A DNA stretch of 64,000 nucleotides from Raillietiella orientalis (taxonomy: Eukaryota), in contig JAYWIR010000030.1 in NCBI GenBank assembly GCA_036172245.1, positions 2,294,001 through 2,358,000 of the forward strand, written 5' to 3'. Of the stretch, positions 38,421-49,799 are shown in pieces. A program made the translations under genes and the position numbers. Each line of letters starts with the position of its first letter. Position 1 is the first letter of the stretch. The notes beneath the pieces were generated by a model, which did no database searches, was not told the DNA's origin, and worked only from the letters and a program-made list of their open reading frames with translations.

Positions 38421-38559
38421 ACTGACTGGAGCGTACTCTTCCCATATGAAGCTACTGAGAAGGAATGCCTCCGTGGGGCTGGGCCCCAAGTCATCGAGGA
38501 GCATCGAGTCTTCGAAGTCTGGAGCCGAATCTCAAATAGATTTGCTAAACCAGATGATC
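37919..38559. repeat. Perfect 38-bp inverted repeat pair (37919-37956 and 38522-38559)
   Basis: gatcatctggtttagcaaatctatttgagattcggctc and its exact reverse complement, 565 bp apart. Confidence 0.95.
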
Positions 38560-39086
38560 TCAGTCCCGCCATGAATGCCTTCCATTACGTGAAATTGGGT
38601 GGGAAAAAAGAAAGCCTCTTCTTTCACTGTGCACATAGTCAGCGTTTCATTCTTCACCTTTCACGTTCTACAATACGGTTGTGTACAAATGAATATGCGA
38701 ATGAACACGCAAGTCTTTTCGTTAGGAAGTTTTCTTGTTTCTCGCTGTCAGTGGGGAGGACTTTCAGGTGCTTGTCTCAGTATTCGCAGAAGAATTTCTA
38801 AGGGATGTTGCCACACACCTGTTTACAGCTATCCGCTTTTTCATCGGACACCATCAACCACGTCCTCTGCTGTTGACTCATTTCTCCGACATCCACTGAC
38901 AGCTGAGTATTCCTTTACCGTGTCTCCGTCCGTTGATGTCGACGCTGAAAATCGTCCGCCATTATGATTCGGTCTTATAGGGGTGACACCCTTTGAGAGG
39001 CTACTGATCAAAAATTTCATCGCATTTATGGGCACATACGACTGTTTCCATCATCATTATCCTAGAGACAGGAGACGATATTAGGT

Positions 39087-39188
39087 CTATTTCGGATTCG
39101 GTTTGGACGGGCTCAAAGAGTGCCAAAAGCGTTCACTGTCTCGAAATGTCCGTTGCTTAGAAACGATCTTCAGGAACTTACAGAGAGA
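39087..39188 (+). repeat. About 100-bp diverged direct repeat, copy 2
   Basis: Aligns to 35864-35965. Confidence 0.9.
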
Positions 39189-41055
39189 GAGAGAAAAAAA
39201 AGACATAAGTGAAATTAAAAGAAGTCATGAGGTGGTGGAACGAGGTTTGTTTCAGAGTGCAGAATTTCGTCTTGAGATGCTGAAATCAAATGGCCGTGGA
39301 AGTAGGAACTTTGGGAAAATCAAGGAAGAAAAGTTTTGCAGGAACAGGGGGGTTGATAGAAGGAAGGTTACAGAAAATGGATCAAACTGTGCTGGCAGCG
39401 ATAGAGCGTGCACAAGTAAAGATTTCCTTATCTCCTCGGAGATTTCTTATTCGTTTCGAGAGGAAAAAAAAATGGCGGTTGAAAAATGGACGACAGAAGC
39501 GTCGACTGACGGGAGAACCACGGAATGGATGCTAGTGACGTAGTTTCTTCTTGCGGGCAAAATCCCCACTCACGATAAGTGATCCCTATGATGAAAACTG
39601 GAGGATTGGGCAGGAAAAGTCTGCAACTTGATTCCTTTGTGTGATATCTCGAGTTGCTGTCAAGGTCAAGTATGAGACAGATTCTTTGGAGGTCATCTAG
39701 CCACTCTATGTCATCGCAGTGACTCTTTGTGCCGTTGCTTCGGAGCCCCCATCATGAGTCGCGTCAATGGTCAACACCACAACCGCTACCACCGCGTGTT
39801 GCAAAAGTGATGGAGATGACCAGTTTGCCAGTGATGCTGTTTTGGCAAAGAACGGACCAACCTTTCGGTGGGCGAGACATTTCCCTCGATGAGCACACCT
39901 TGCAGGCTCGCGGGAGTGCTACTTGGTCACTAAGATCTTTTGCAGTCTTTCCTTAACGGCAGTGCACGTGAGAGGGGACCGCCTGTTTTCAGAAAATCTG
40001 GGGATCATGTGCACACCACATGTGCAAGCACCGTGGTGAGCCCTCAACGTGCACCATGCAGCGGAATCCGGAAACCACGTCTCCCCTTTTTTTGTTCTGA
40101 TTCTCCGAGTTTGTCCCGTCCCCAGCTCTAACTGGTGACTTTTTCCCAATGGAATGCGCTTTCATCCGATATGGAACTCATGATGCTGGACCGTCGACGA
40201 CAACTGCAGCCCGAACACTCATAGGCTCGAAATCTCAAATTTCGAAGGTACTCTCCTTTTTCCTTTTCCTGTTTGCTTAGCAGCCAGTGAATCGCTACAG
40301 TGCCGTCGCGATGTTGCAGCGTACGAGGCAAGAAGAATACCAGAGACGATAAAATTCTTTTGGACAAAAGCGAGGAGCAACATTGCAGCTGTTTACTGAC
40401 GATCAGAAGAGAAAAACGCTGGAGTGGGGAATTTCGTGACTAGTTCTCCTCGCAAGAAGAGAAAGTTGTGAGTCTAATGAAGAACCTATCTCTCAAGACC
40501 GGCTCCCACTTCCATGAAACTATCCCACTTCACTTATTGGCGGTCGACAACGAGTCCTGAAGGACAGTTGAGCTTTCTACAAAATGCCCTGAAGATCCTA
40601 ATAAGAGAACTGCAGGAAATCAAAAAGCACGAGGCCGTGTCGACAACTGCGGTAGGTGTAGGCTTGTCTGGAACACTGAAAAAGACTTCGAAACTGCAAT
40701 CCATCTTCAACGACTTCACAAATCTGAGTGGGCAATCACTTCAAGGACGCTGCACACATCATCATCTCCCACACGAACCTGCTGAGAAAAACGATTTTTT
40801 CGAAATGCTGGTGTGGTGAGAGGAAATACAAGCGCCATTCCCCTCTTTTCTATGGCTATCCTCTCTTCAGGAAGAAAATCTGGCACCTGGAGACTGCACC
40901 ACAATGGATCATGGTGGACTGAAGTGACTCACACGGCATGTACTGAAGGTTACAACACACCTTTTTTTCCTGACGTCTTCTGCTGGGCGCATCCCATACC
41001 TCATCATGAATATCTCACCGTATTATGGGTGTCAACTCCACCCAAGAATGTCGGC

Positions 41056-41263
41056 ACCTAACCAACCTAACCAAACCTCTTACCTTAGCTACCTAACCTA
41101 TCCAACTCAACCTCACCTACCCAAGCTAACCTTATATGACGTTACCTAACCTGACCTGACCAAGTCTACCCTCACGTCACCACACCTAACCTAACCTAGC
41201 CATAATACCTAACCCATCATACCTATCTGACCACCTAATCTAACCTCACTTATCTCTACCTAA
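41056..41263 (+). repeat. Degenerate (TAACC/CCTAA)n pentamer tract, arthropod telomere-type
   Basis: acctaaccaacctaacc...acctaacctaacctagc...taatctaacctc, about 200 bp with 5-bp periodicity. Confidence 0.8.
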
Positions 41264-42819
41264 CTGAAGCTGGAATCTATGGAGGAGAAATCGAGAGTTG
41301 ATATTCAACATGTGCCCTCCTTGCTATGTCCCGATTCTTCGGAAGCTGTATTCGTCGGGGTTCGTTAGCTTGACCCTGGTCAACTGATCACTTCGTCTGG
41401 AGGTGAAGAGGTGTTAGTGAGTTTCTGGTGCAGTGACTGTGGATGTGCGATGAAGACTCTTTCGGCACTGCTCCTCCTGCACATCGAGTCCGAGCCATTC
41501 CCTGGTGGGCGCTGCTTGTACTGGCGGCACACATCGAACTACGCTGGGTGGACCAATCGATAATCGAACACTCTCCACTGGATCACTGGCGGTCTGCTGA
41601 GACGCGCTCCACATGGAGGCATGATGATCTCGTAGGTCAAATCAAAAGGCCGACTCAAAGGATGAGCGAGCTAGCGCCTTCCAGCTAACCGACACCGAGG
41701 TTCGACTGACGAATCCAGCTGGACCTCCTCTTTCGGAATGGGAGTTGGTCGTTCCACCCGACATCTCCTGGGAGGCATCGCCGACAGCTCTGGAGGAAGT
41801 GAGGCGGGAGAAGGGGGTCTGGCTCTTCCAGAGGAATGCCTGCTCCTGTGCGAGCACCTGTCCTAGGATAGATCCCAGAGGGCATGTATCACTCGCCCTG
41901 CGCCTGTTGGCGCCATGCCGGGACGGCGTCTTGAGCGGATCCCAGGAATCGGTCGGCCGGGAGCTACCGATTTTCAGCGTTTTCGGCTCTCAGGGCAGGA
42001 AGGAAAAGCGGCCGCTGGCAGGCCATCACCAAAAGCCCCACCATTGTATCCTCGAAGGGCAGTTTCTGCGCTTGCGCGAAGGCGAGACCAACTGGGCAGG
42101 GAGCGTCGCGTCCGCATAGCCTCGCTAGGTAGGGGCCATCAAGTAATTCGGAAACTCCCAGACTGGTGCACGGAGGAGAAGCGGAGTCGCAGCGATGTGA
42201 GATGAGCGAAAATATCAGACGATGCGGCATCGTTGGATTCGTGATGAGATTTCCTCGATCTGATCCCATAAAGACTGCGAAATGAAACTTCCGCCGAGTA
42301 TTAAATTGAAGAGCAAATAGAATTCTTCTGTTTGGAGGAACGGTATTTATCAAAATCCCTTTCAGTAACAGAAGGAAACCCATCTTCATTAAAGATGTTG
42401 GGTTGTCTGCAAGGTAGTTAGATGTGAAAAACAGAGATGTTGCAGCCGACTCCCGAAGTCTTTAATGAAAATGAGAAAAGAAACGCACGAACTATTCAGG
42501 CGTGAGTACCCTTTTTAAGGGGAGAATTTATTAAGAGAACAAAGAAAGAATTCGGCTGTTACTTATGAAAGCAGACATGTGTCATCATCATTTCGCTTTT
42601 TAAGGGAAACTTCGCGTTCTGAAACGTGGTTCAGCAGAACATTAGGACGCACTAACCAAGGGATATTTCTCTAATTTATTATTTTGCCGCAAAATATTCA
42701 AACCGATTAACCTTCCAGCCAGTAAATGGAAGAAGTGAGTCGGGCCTAATAAATCTTTGTCGAAGGTGCTCTTTAATTTATAGACCTTTCCGGAAATGAC
42801 GACAGCATTGTCGTGGAAT

Positions 42820-44640
42820 TAGTAATTCCGGAAACTCGACTTCCTCTCTTCGGATGGTTGGAAGTTCCTTCGCGAAGGTGTGCAGCCCTGAGAAGGCCGA
42901 GCTTCTTGCTGGTGCGCTCTGCGAGGAGGATAGAGGGCGATCGGGAAACGGCCGCTGACGGAAGCGCCTCGGGTAAAACCCCACCTCAGCCGCAAAACAA
43001 ACGTCGGACTTCTTCTTCGAAAGGAGCACCACCCGTGCTTTCCGAGCCGCGAGTCCGCCAGGGGCGCAACCTACGAGTACCGAACGCAGGAAACCCAAGG
43101 TGGTGAGGGACGACGAGGCCGGACCGCTGCGCGCGGCAGCTCTGGGCCAGGGGTCACGGAGGCCAAGACTCAGGCCAGCACCGCCAGCCGGAGAGAACTG
43201 GCGGCCGCGTCGTGCTGCGCTCAGCCCCCTCCGGAAGCGTGCTGGCAGCGTCGTCACGGAAGGAGAAGAGAGGAGGGGGCGATGAGGAATTCGAACCGCG
43301 CGCGCCTGCTTTCCCCCCGGCGCCGAGCGCCACCCTCTCCTCGGACGCTCGGGATGCCGGCCGGCCATCCCGTGCCCTGAGGGAGATGGGAGTCGCGGAG
43401 ATGTGCGCGCGGAGCCGCCCATCTCCGGGACGTCCCCCGGACGCAGCGCGACCTTCCAGGCGGCCAAGCTCGAATCAAAGATTCAACGAGCATCACGAAT
43501 CCAAGATTCGGGATCCCGCGGTCGAGTGACCCTCGGTCCTCGGACCCGCGCGACCGGAGCGGATAGGCCTGGTCCAGCCCGCCGGAAGCCTCCCATGCTG
43601 ATACGGAGAAGGGCTGAGAGGGCGATGGCTGGCGAAGGGTTGACCCTCCTCTGTCCCATCCCCTTCAGAGTCCGAATCGTAGGCAGGGACCGGAAGTGAG
43701 CCTTGACGCTGGGGAGGCGACCGTCTCGTCGCAGATGGGGCTGCTGCGCCTGAATACGCCTAGGGGATGGTAAGCTGGGGGCCACCATCTAGTCCGCAGC
43801 GGGTCGTCAGGGCGATGCTGCGTCACAACTCAACAAGGGTGTTCAGGCTGGGGATTCAGTTGTCGGAGAGCCTCCCTGACCAAGGACCGCGAGCAGGCAG
43901 GCGGGCTGCCTTTTTTTGAGGGCCGGACGCGGGCCGGACCCTCGTGACCGGCGGCGGCTCAGAGCAGACCGGGGAGGTGGAGGAGAACCCCTTCCAGGCG
44001 TTTCTTCGCGTGTTCCTGAGTCCTCTGGACGAATTCGTCGGCCTTTCGTGACGGTTGCCATGGGCTGCTCGGAACATGACCGAAAGGAGGACTTGGTGCT
44101 ACCGGCAGGGTATGGTGCAAGGAGATGCGAGTTGTTTCTCAAGGCAGTGTCCGGGTGGTCAAAGCGGAACTTGATCTGGCAAGGAAGGGGTCCTACGCCC
44201 TCTTCCTCGTTGCCTGGACGCTGCGCGCAGCCCTGCAATCCGCCTCTCCCCTGCTAAAGGAGGAGTCGAGCGTCCGGTGGGCCGTCGTCTCTCCGGCTCT
44301 GGAAGATGCGCATTCGAAGGGAGCGGATGGCACCGGGGCAGGCCGCTGCCTCCTCTTCACGTGCTGCAGCCACCATACTGACCTTTACAAAGCTTCAAAT
44401 TGTGTGCGCCGCCTCGTTTTCTTCTCCGGCGGCCTTTGGCGAGGAACGCGGCATTCGGAATTCTTCGCAAATTGGGCGCATTCCTAGGAGATGCGGTCGA
44501 TGTGTGCCTGTGGTATGGTTGGTCGGGGAGGCACACGTCCTCGAGGTCATTTCTCTGGGAGCGCCTAGCAGCTCCGCAGCTAGGCGCTTCCAGCGAAAAC
44601 GTGAAAGGATGCTGCTGAATAACCAGAGGCGCGTAGATTC
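42820..44640 (+). pseudogene. YR1 copy E (decayed)
   Basis: EKAELLAGAL, ALTLGRR, FVTVAMGCSEHDRKED, RVVKAELDLARKGSYALFL, RCLLFTCC..LYKASNCVRRLVFFSG (cf. YLFA...YRGSDCLRKFA..CG), GILRKLGAFL, SRSFLWE, ERMLLNNQ. Confidence 0.65.
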
Positions 44641-44659
44641 GTTGTCCTTTCTTTAATCC

Positions 44660-44880
44660 AATTTGGTTATATCTTTCACGCACCAGAGATTTTCTTTTCG
44701 GAAAGACATAGAGTCTTTGAAGAGGTATAGTCATTAAGTGTTTGATGAAACTAGCATGGCTCCCCGGGGAATCCCCCCCCCTCTCTCTCTCAGAGGCGGA
44801 GATCCATCCTGCAGAGGTTGAGCTTCGCTTCAGCAGATATCGATGTTGGGGTGCATCGGCTGTTTCGCGTTTATGGTCAG
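44660..44880 (+). pseudogene. SET domain remnant, copy E (C-terminal half)
   Basis: KCLMKLAWLPGESPPLSLSEAEIHPAEVELRFSRY resembles NCKMK...DG.PHL.L.A.RDI.PGEELRYDY. Confidence 0.4.
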
Positions 44881-46599
44881 ACGGGCGAGAAGGCCCCTTG
44901 CGCCGAAGAAACTCCGTCTACCCCCTTGGTTCTTCCGCACGGATGACCAAAGGTCAGACGAACAGCTGCTGCTGCTTCCACCGCCATCCTGCTGCTCCCC
45001 GCGTTGTATCAGAGGAACAGTAATTTTGCGCCGATGCTGCTGTGGAAGAGGGCAGCAGGCGGAATGACTTCTGGCACCCTAATGCTGTTGCGGCTGGCCA
45101 TGGAAGATAGCCTGGAAACCTTCCAGCGCGAACCTGAACTGGTCGTGGGTAGTGGCTCGGAGGCGGGCAGGTTGCTGCGGGGGTGTAGCAGCCGCGAGGG
45201 CTGCGGCTGGGAAACACCGTTTCCGAGGGCAACGGGAGCGTCTTTTCAAACCCGCTGCCCCTCCCCGGGATCACGGGGAACCGGAAGCAGAATCGAGTCC
45301 ATCTTGTGAGCAAAACCCGGAAGTGCGAGTTTTGCCGCTGATCCCCTCGCGGACCTCCGCCGTCGGTCGCCGTCTCTCGTTCCCTCGACCGAATTCCGCA
45401 GCGCAGATCGGGAATTCGCTCCCCCTCCTCCTCCTCCTCCTCCTCCCGTGTGAGGGAAGTGGACGAGGGCTACGGCATTTGCGACGGCTCCAGGGAATCC
45501 AGGAAAATCTGCGTGCGGGAAGATCCCATCCGGAAATCGGAAAGCAAAGAAAAAAAAAGCAGGATGAAATCTGATTGCACGGCAACGCGTGGCCGCCGTG
45601 TGTCCGACAGGAGCATCTCCGGCTCGGAGAAAGGGAGCGACTGGATCGATCGCGGCTGGGATGCTGCGGGCTCACATGGAAGTCATGCGTCCGCAAATTC
45701 GATAAGGCTGCGGAGCGAAAATCTCGGTCTCCGGTTGTCAGACTCGCAACACATAGGGCTGCGAGGCCCCAGGGAGACGGGAAATTTCTCCTCACCTCTC
45801 CTTCCAAGGGACGGGAACACTTCGGGTGTTCTCTGCCTGTAGCCGAGAAAGCACGACGGTGGCGCTGGCGTCAGGAGCGGCCCAGGTGAACAGGGTGGAA
45901 AAAGAAGGAGAGGGAAGGGAGAAGGGGGAAGAGGTTAGAAAGAAATGCAATGCCGCGTTCAGCTCGTTCGGCTGCCCAACTGCCTTCGGTAGAAACTCAG
46001 CCACCGAAACGCAGTTTCACATCTTTGTTTGTTCTCCGTGATCATGCAATTACGGATGCAAAGAAACATGAAGACGGTTGCAAGAAGAGTGACCGCGATC
46101 GAAAACTTCCAGGCACAATGAACTGCCACTGGAAGGTTTTTTGCGAGGCTGGTTGTGGGAAACTTCTTGGTCCATTAGGAGGAGGAAGATAACTAGTCCG
46201 AAGAAAAGTTCTCCTGCCGTCAAATCCACCCCACCTCCGGTGCTTCCCCCGCCGCTCGCTAATGCAAAGGAACGGCGCCCGATGATGCAAAAAGATGGCG
46301 TCTCTGCGGAACGCGCCGAGCCCGCGCTTCGTGACCTGAATCACGAAAGAGCAGATGCCCCGAAAGTGAAAACGGATATCCTGTTGGCCTTTGTCCTGGA
46401 CCAGGGCACCCACCCGAGCTCATGAGTGGCGGTCCCTTAGAAGGCTCCAGGTGACGCGCAGGTCGTTTGCGGGGATCCCTAGCGACTGTCCTAAGAGGCC
46501 CATCAACCGCCTCGGCCATCATGGTTGATGGCCAAGGCAGCGTGGTCACGCCAGCACCGATAAACAGGAAACAAACGAAATGCAATCCTCCGGAATCAG

Positions 46600-47640
46600 T
46601 GTCCTGCTTCCCTCGTATCGGTGCTCATCCTGGCCGGACCAGCTGCCGTCCTTAGGAGGGTCTCTCCTGCCGATTCGGGACTGCTTGGTGAGCTTCGGGC
46701 GGGCTTCCTTTGAGCGAGGCCTCCGGGGGAAAGCGATGGTGCAGTAGTAAATCTTCCTGGGCGACACCGTTGGCATCTCAATTTGCTAACGACCCTGCTA
46801 TCCGTCGCACGCCGCAGGCATCAGCGTTCGTGACCTCCCTCGAAGCTCGCCTCTTTGTGCTCCTGTGGCACACGGTTACGGCAGGGTGTTTCTTGCAGCT
46901 GTTAACAACAAGCATGCAAAAAGATGAAACAAAGGGATCAGTAACCACGGGAACACCGGCTCCTACGCAAGCCTGAAGGATTCTGGGTGCGCTGGGAATA
47001 AGCCGGCCGGCTAACTTGTCAGCGAGGATGGACTCTGGGAAAGAAGGGATATCAGACAAAAAAAAAGCATACAAGTTCCTCCTTCAAGTCCATCAGATTG
47101 GATCATTTTTTTGTCTTCCTCTAGAGGAAAGTCACTATGTACGCGGCGTTCCCTTTGCCTCGTTCTCTGTCTTCTACCCTGCTGCCTCCGCGACCATGCC
47201 GCGGATAAGTGAAGTGAAGAAACGCCACTGCTTCGTGCGTTCCCCGGGGATCCCGGTTGCCTAGAGTGATCGCTGCGAAAGTACCGATGCGGATAACGTT
47301 GGCAAGAAGCGGCAGCGAACGCCGCCCTTCCCTCCCTCAAAGTAGGAGTTTCCGCCTTTCTCCTGGAGTCCTCGAAATCAGCACCCTGTATTTGTACCGG
47401 CTTCCCAGGCAGAAGGCGGCGCGCGCGTTCGTGTTGCGCAGCGGCGGGCGAGCCACGCTCACCGTTGCGCAGCGCGAAGGCAGCCTGGCCTCTGGGAGCG
47501 GCTCCGAGGACCACCACCAGTTGCCTCGCGCACGCTCCGTTTCCGGGAAAAGTCCGCGCCCAGTCGCCGCTGATCAAGAAGGGGTGCTGAGCAGCGCTTC
47601 CTGTCACCGGAGTGACCACAGCTAGGCGTCAGCAGACCAG
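46600..47640 (+). pseudogene. YR2 copy E (decayed second tyrosine recombinase)
   Basis: FLLQVHQIGSFFCLPLEE, RITLARSG, LSPGVLEISTLYL...FVLRSGG and SCH/VTTARRQ resemble the YR motifs QR.G...MTLEE, HKT...G and M.HS..TA.R.Y. Weak Cys/His pieces lie upstream at about 45.6-46.05 kb. Confidence 0.4.
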
Positions 47641-48017
47641 TGCAGATGACATCCCGTTCCGGGGCAGATGGAAGATGGAAGCGCTGAACTATGAGCCCTG
47701 CTCGTGATTTGTTTGGTTCCATAAATTTCGAAAGTTTTCTGAGCCGCTCCTCCAGGCGTTCGCCTCCTGATGACGACCTACCGATAAATCTTCCCGCGAA
47801 GACGTTCGCTGCTGCTTGCATTAACAACAAACACAAGAAAGACGTGAACGCTAAGACAGAATGGACTTCGTCAACGTCGCCGTAAATGTCTTTACCTTAA
47901 AAATATTCTTGGAAGAGGAAAGGCATTGAGGGAGGGGACATGCCTCTGGCAGATGGGTCCTCCGCGCTCCGCTGTTTAGAAATGCGTTGCGCAAAGTTAC
48001 AGTGGGACCCTAGGGCG

Positions 48018-48250
48018 CAATGTGGTGCAGTACACAGCCAGTGTAGTGTATGCAGTGATCATTAATGCGGCATGCATAGTGTGCACGAGCTCACAACTAT
48101 GTACGTCATGCATGCAAGTTACACTCTGCATGGCCCCGTTATGTACACCACGCTGTGCACAGCACACGATGTGTGGTCGCAGGATGTGTCTGCGCTCTAT
48201 TTGGTACATGATGCACATTTTACGTGCAGGTTCCCAGCGTGTAGTGCGCG
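48018..48250. repeat. Low-complexity tract rich in alternating purine/pyrimidine words (TGCA, CATG, GTAC)
   Basis: e.g. gcatgcatagtgtgcacg, tgtacgtcatgcatgca, tgtgcacagcacacgatgtgtg. Confidence 0.6.
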
Positions 48251-48780
48251 CGCTCCCAGTCAGCTACACCTCCCCGGTCAATCGGAGCGCAGTCTGAATT
48301 CAAGCACGCGGTGAGATGAACTGACGTTCCGTGCGTCTTCAGCTCTTGTCCAGTCTGCGAACGTCAGGGGCACTCACTCCATGGGCCCTGAAAACTTTCG
48401 CAGAAGATTTTACTTTGGGAAATTTCTCGTCGCGCAAGCGCGCGCTCAAAGATCACTGCAAGGTAAACATACAAAACGTGCGTCCGCGGAGTGGGAACTA
48501 ATGAACTTAACAAGATGCGTGATGCTGCATGCGGGACTTCCACGCGGTCAATGAGGCATGTGAACAGAGCCGCATCCACAACTGATTGCGATTCTCGGGT
48601 GTTTGGTCTCTTGCAGATTCCAAACTTTCCCAGAGAGCCCGTGTTCTTGCACCGGCTTCTAATAAGGCCCCAGCTAATTTCCTGTTTCAATTCCCAGGAT
48701 CGAAATGCCAGCACATTTTCTTGAGAGATTCATCAGTGGCATTGACGCTTAAAAATTACCGTTCCGTCGTGGAAGATATG

Positions 48781-48813
<33 letters not shown>

Positions 48814-49799
48814 GGAAAGCGATCCACACCGATCCATGGAGCGCGTGGTGTTGCAGTAAATCATTCGCAAAAGCGCGTGGCCACTAACTGTTTCGAAACG
48901 CAAACTCTGAAGACAGGAAGAGCAGACAGATGCACATGCGGAGGCTGGAGGGTGCACCGGGAATTCTGAAACGTTCGTGAACGGAAGCTCCAGGATGTTG
49001 TACTCAAAGGGGAATCGAAGAGTTCCGAAACCCCTACGCCTGCTTCCATGCTGCTGGAGGAACCCTGAGGTCGTGATTTAACGGACCGCCCTCGTTGGCA
49101 CGAATGAGTTTGTTGGTGCTGAAAGGTGGGTGCTGCAACCGTGACGCGACTTTTCCTGCCCCGGATTCCAGGTCCCCTGAGCACTCAAGTGCGTGCCCGC
49201 CCACGTGGATCCAAACTGCCACTCGCACTCTAGGAGGCGTGCAGCTTCGCTTCAACTTCACTTTCTGAGGTCAGCTTCCCCGTGGCGCGTTTTTCCGGAA
49301 GCTTTTCCTTAGGTGCAAACGGTACGGATCTCAGATTGTGCTTAGCACTCGGATTGTGCGGGGCTTTAAGAGACGAAGCGAAGAGTGCATGCAACTCAAG
49401 TGGCTGACTCTCCTGCGAGGAATGACTTCCCACAGGACAACCGGGAAAACGGATTCCTGGAGCCGCAAGACGCGGATCTCGTTGCGCTCCGATGATTCGG
49501 AGCTGCGTCTCCACCTGGTTGCTCGGCTTCGCCCTCCTCTCTAGCTTTTCAACTTTCCACCGCTCTTCGAACTGAGTTCCCTTTTTCTGGTTTTATTTCG
49601 ATAGAAGAGGCTGCAAGCAGCCTCCCTTCAAGCACTCTTTATATCAAAGGGATGTTTTTGTGGAGTACCTCGCCCGATTCCTGTGTGAATGAAGGACTGC
49701 AGAGGACATCAGAGTGCAGCGCGAGTTCATGAAAGACATTCTGCTTACTCCTCATGAACATCCCGAATTCTCTCCCTCTTCGTAATCTGGAGAAAATCG

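Noticed and set aside
38570..40950. Further piggyBac-like fragments (Cys-rich piece at 38.6 kb; YGYPLFRKKIW at 40.85 kb)
   Set aside because: Single weak motifs, not enough to call.
1548..48809. Microsatellites and homopolymers: (GAT)n about 1550, (CCT)n about 6310 and 45425, poly-T 48781-48809
   Set aside because: Ordinary simple repeats.
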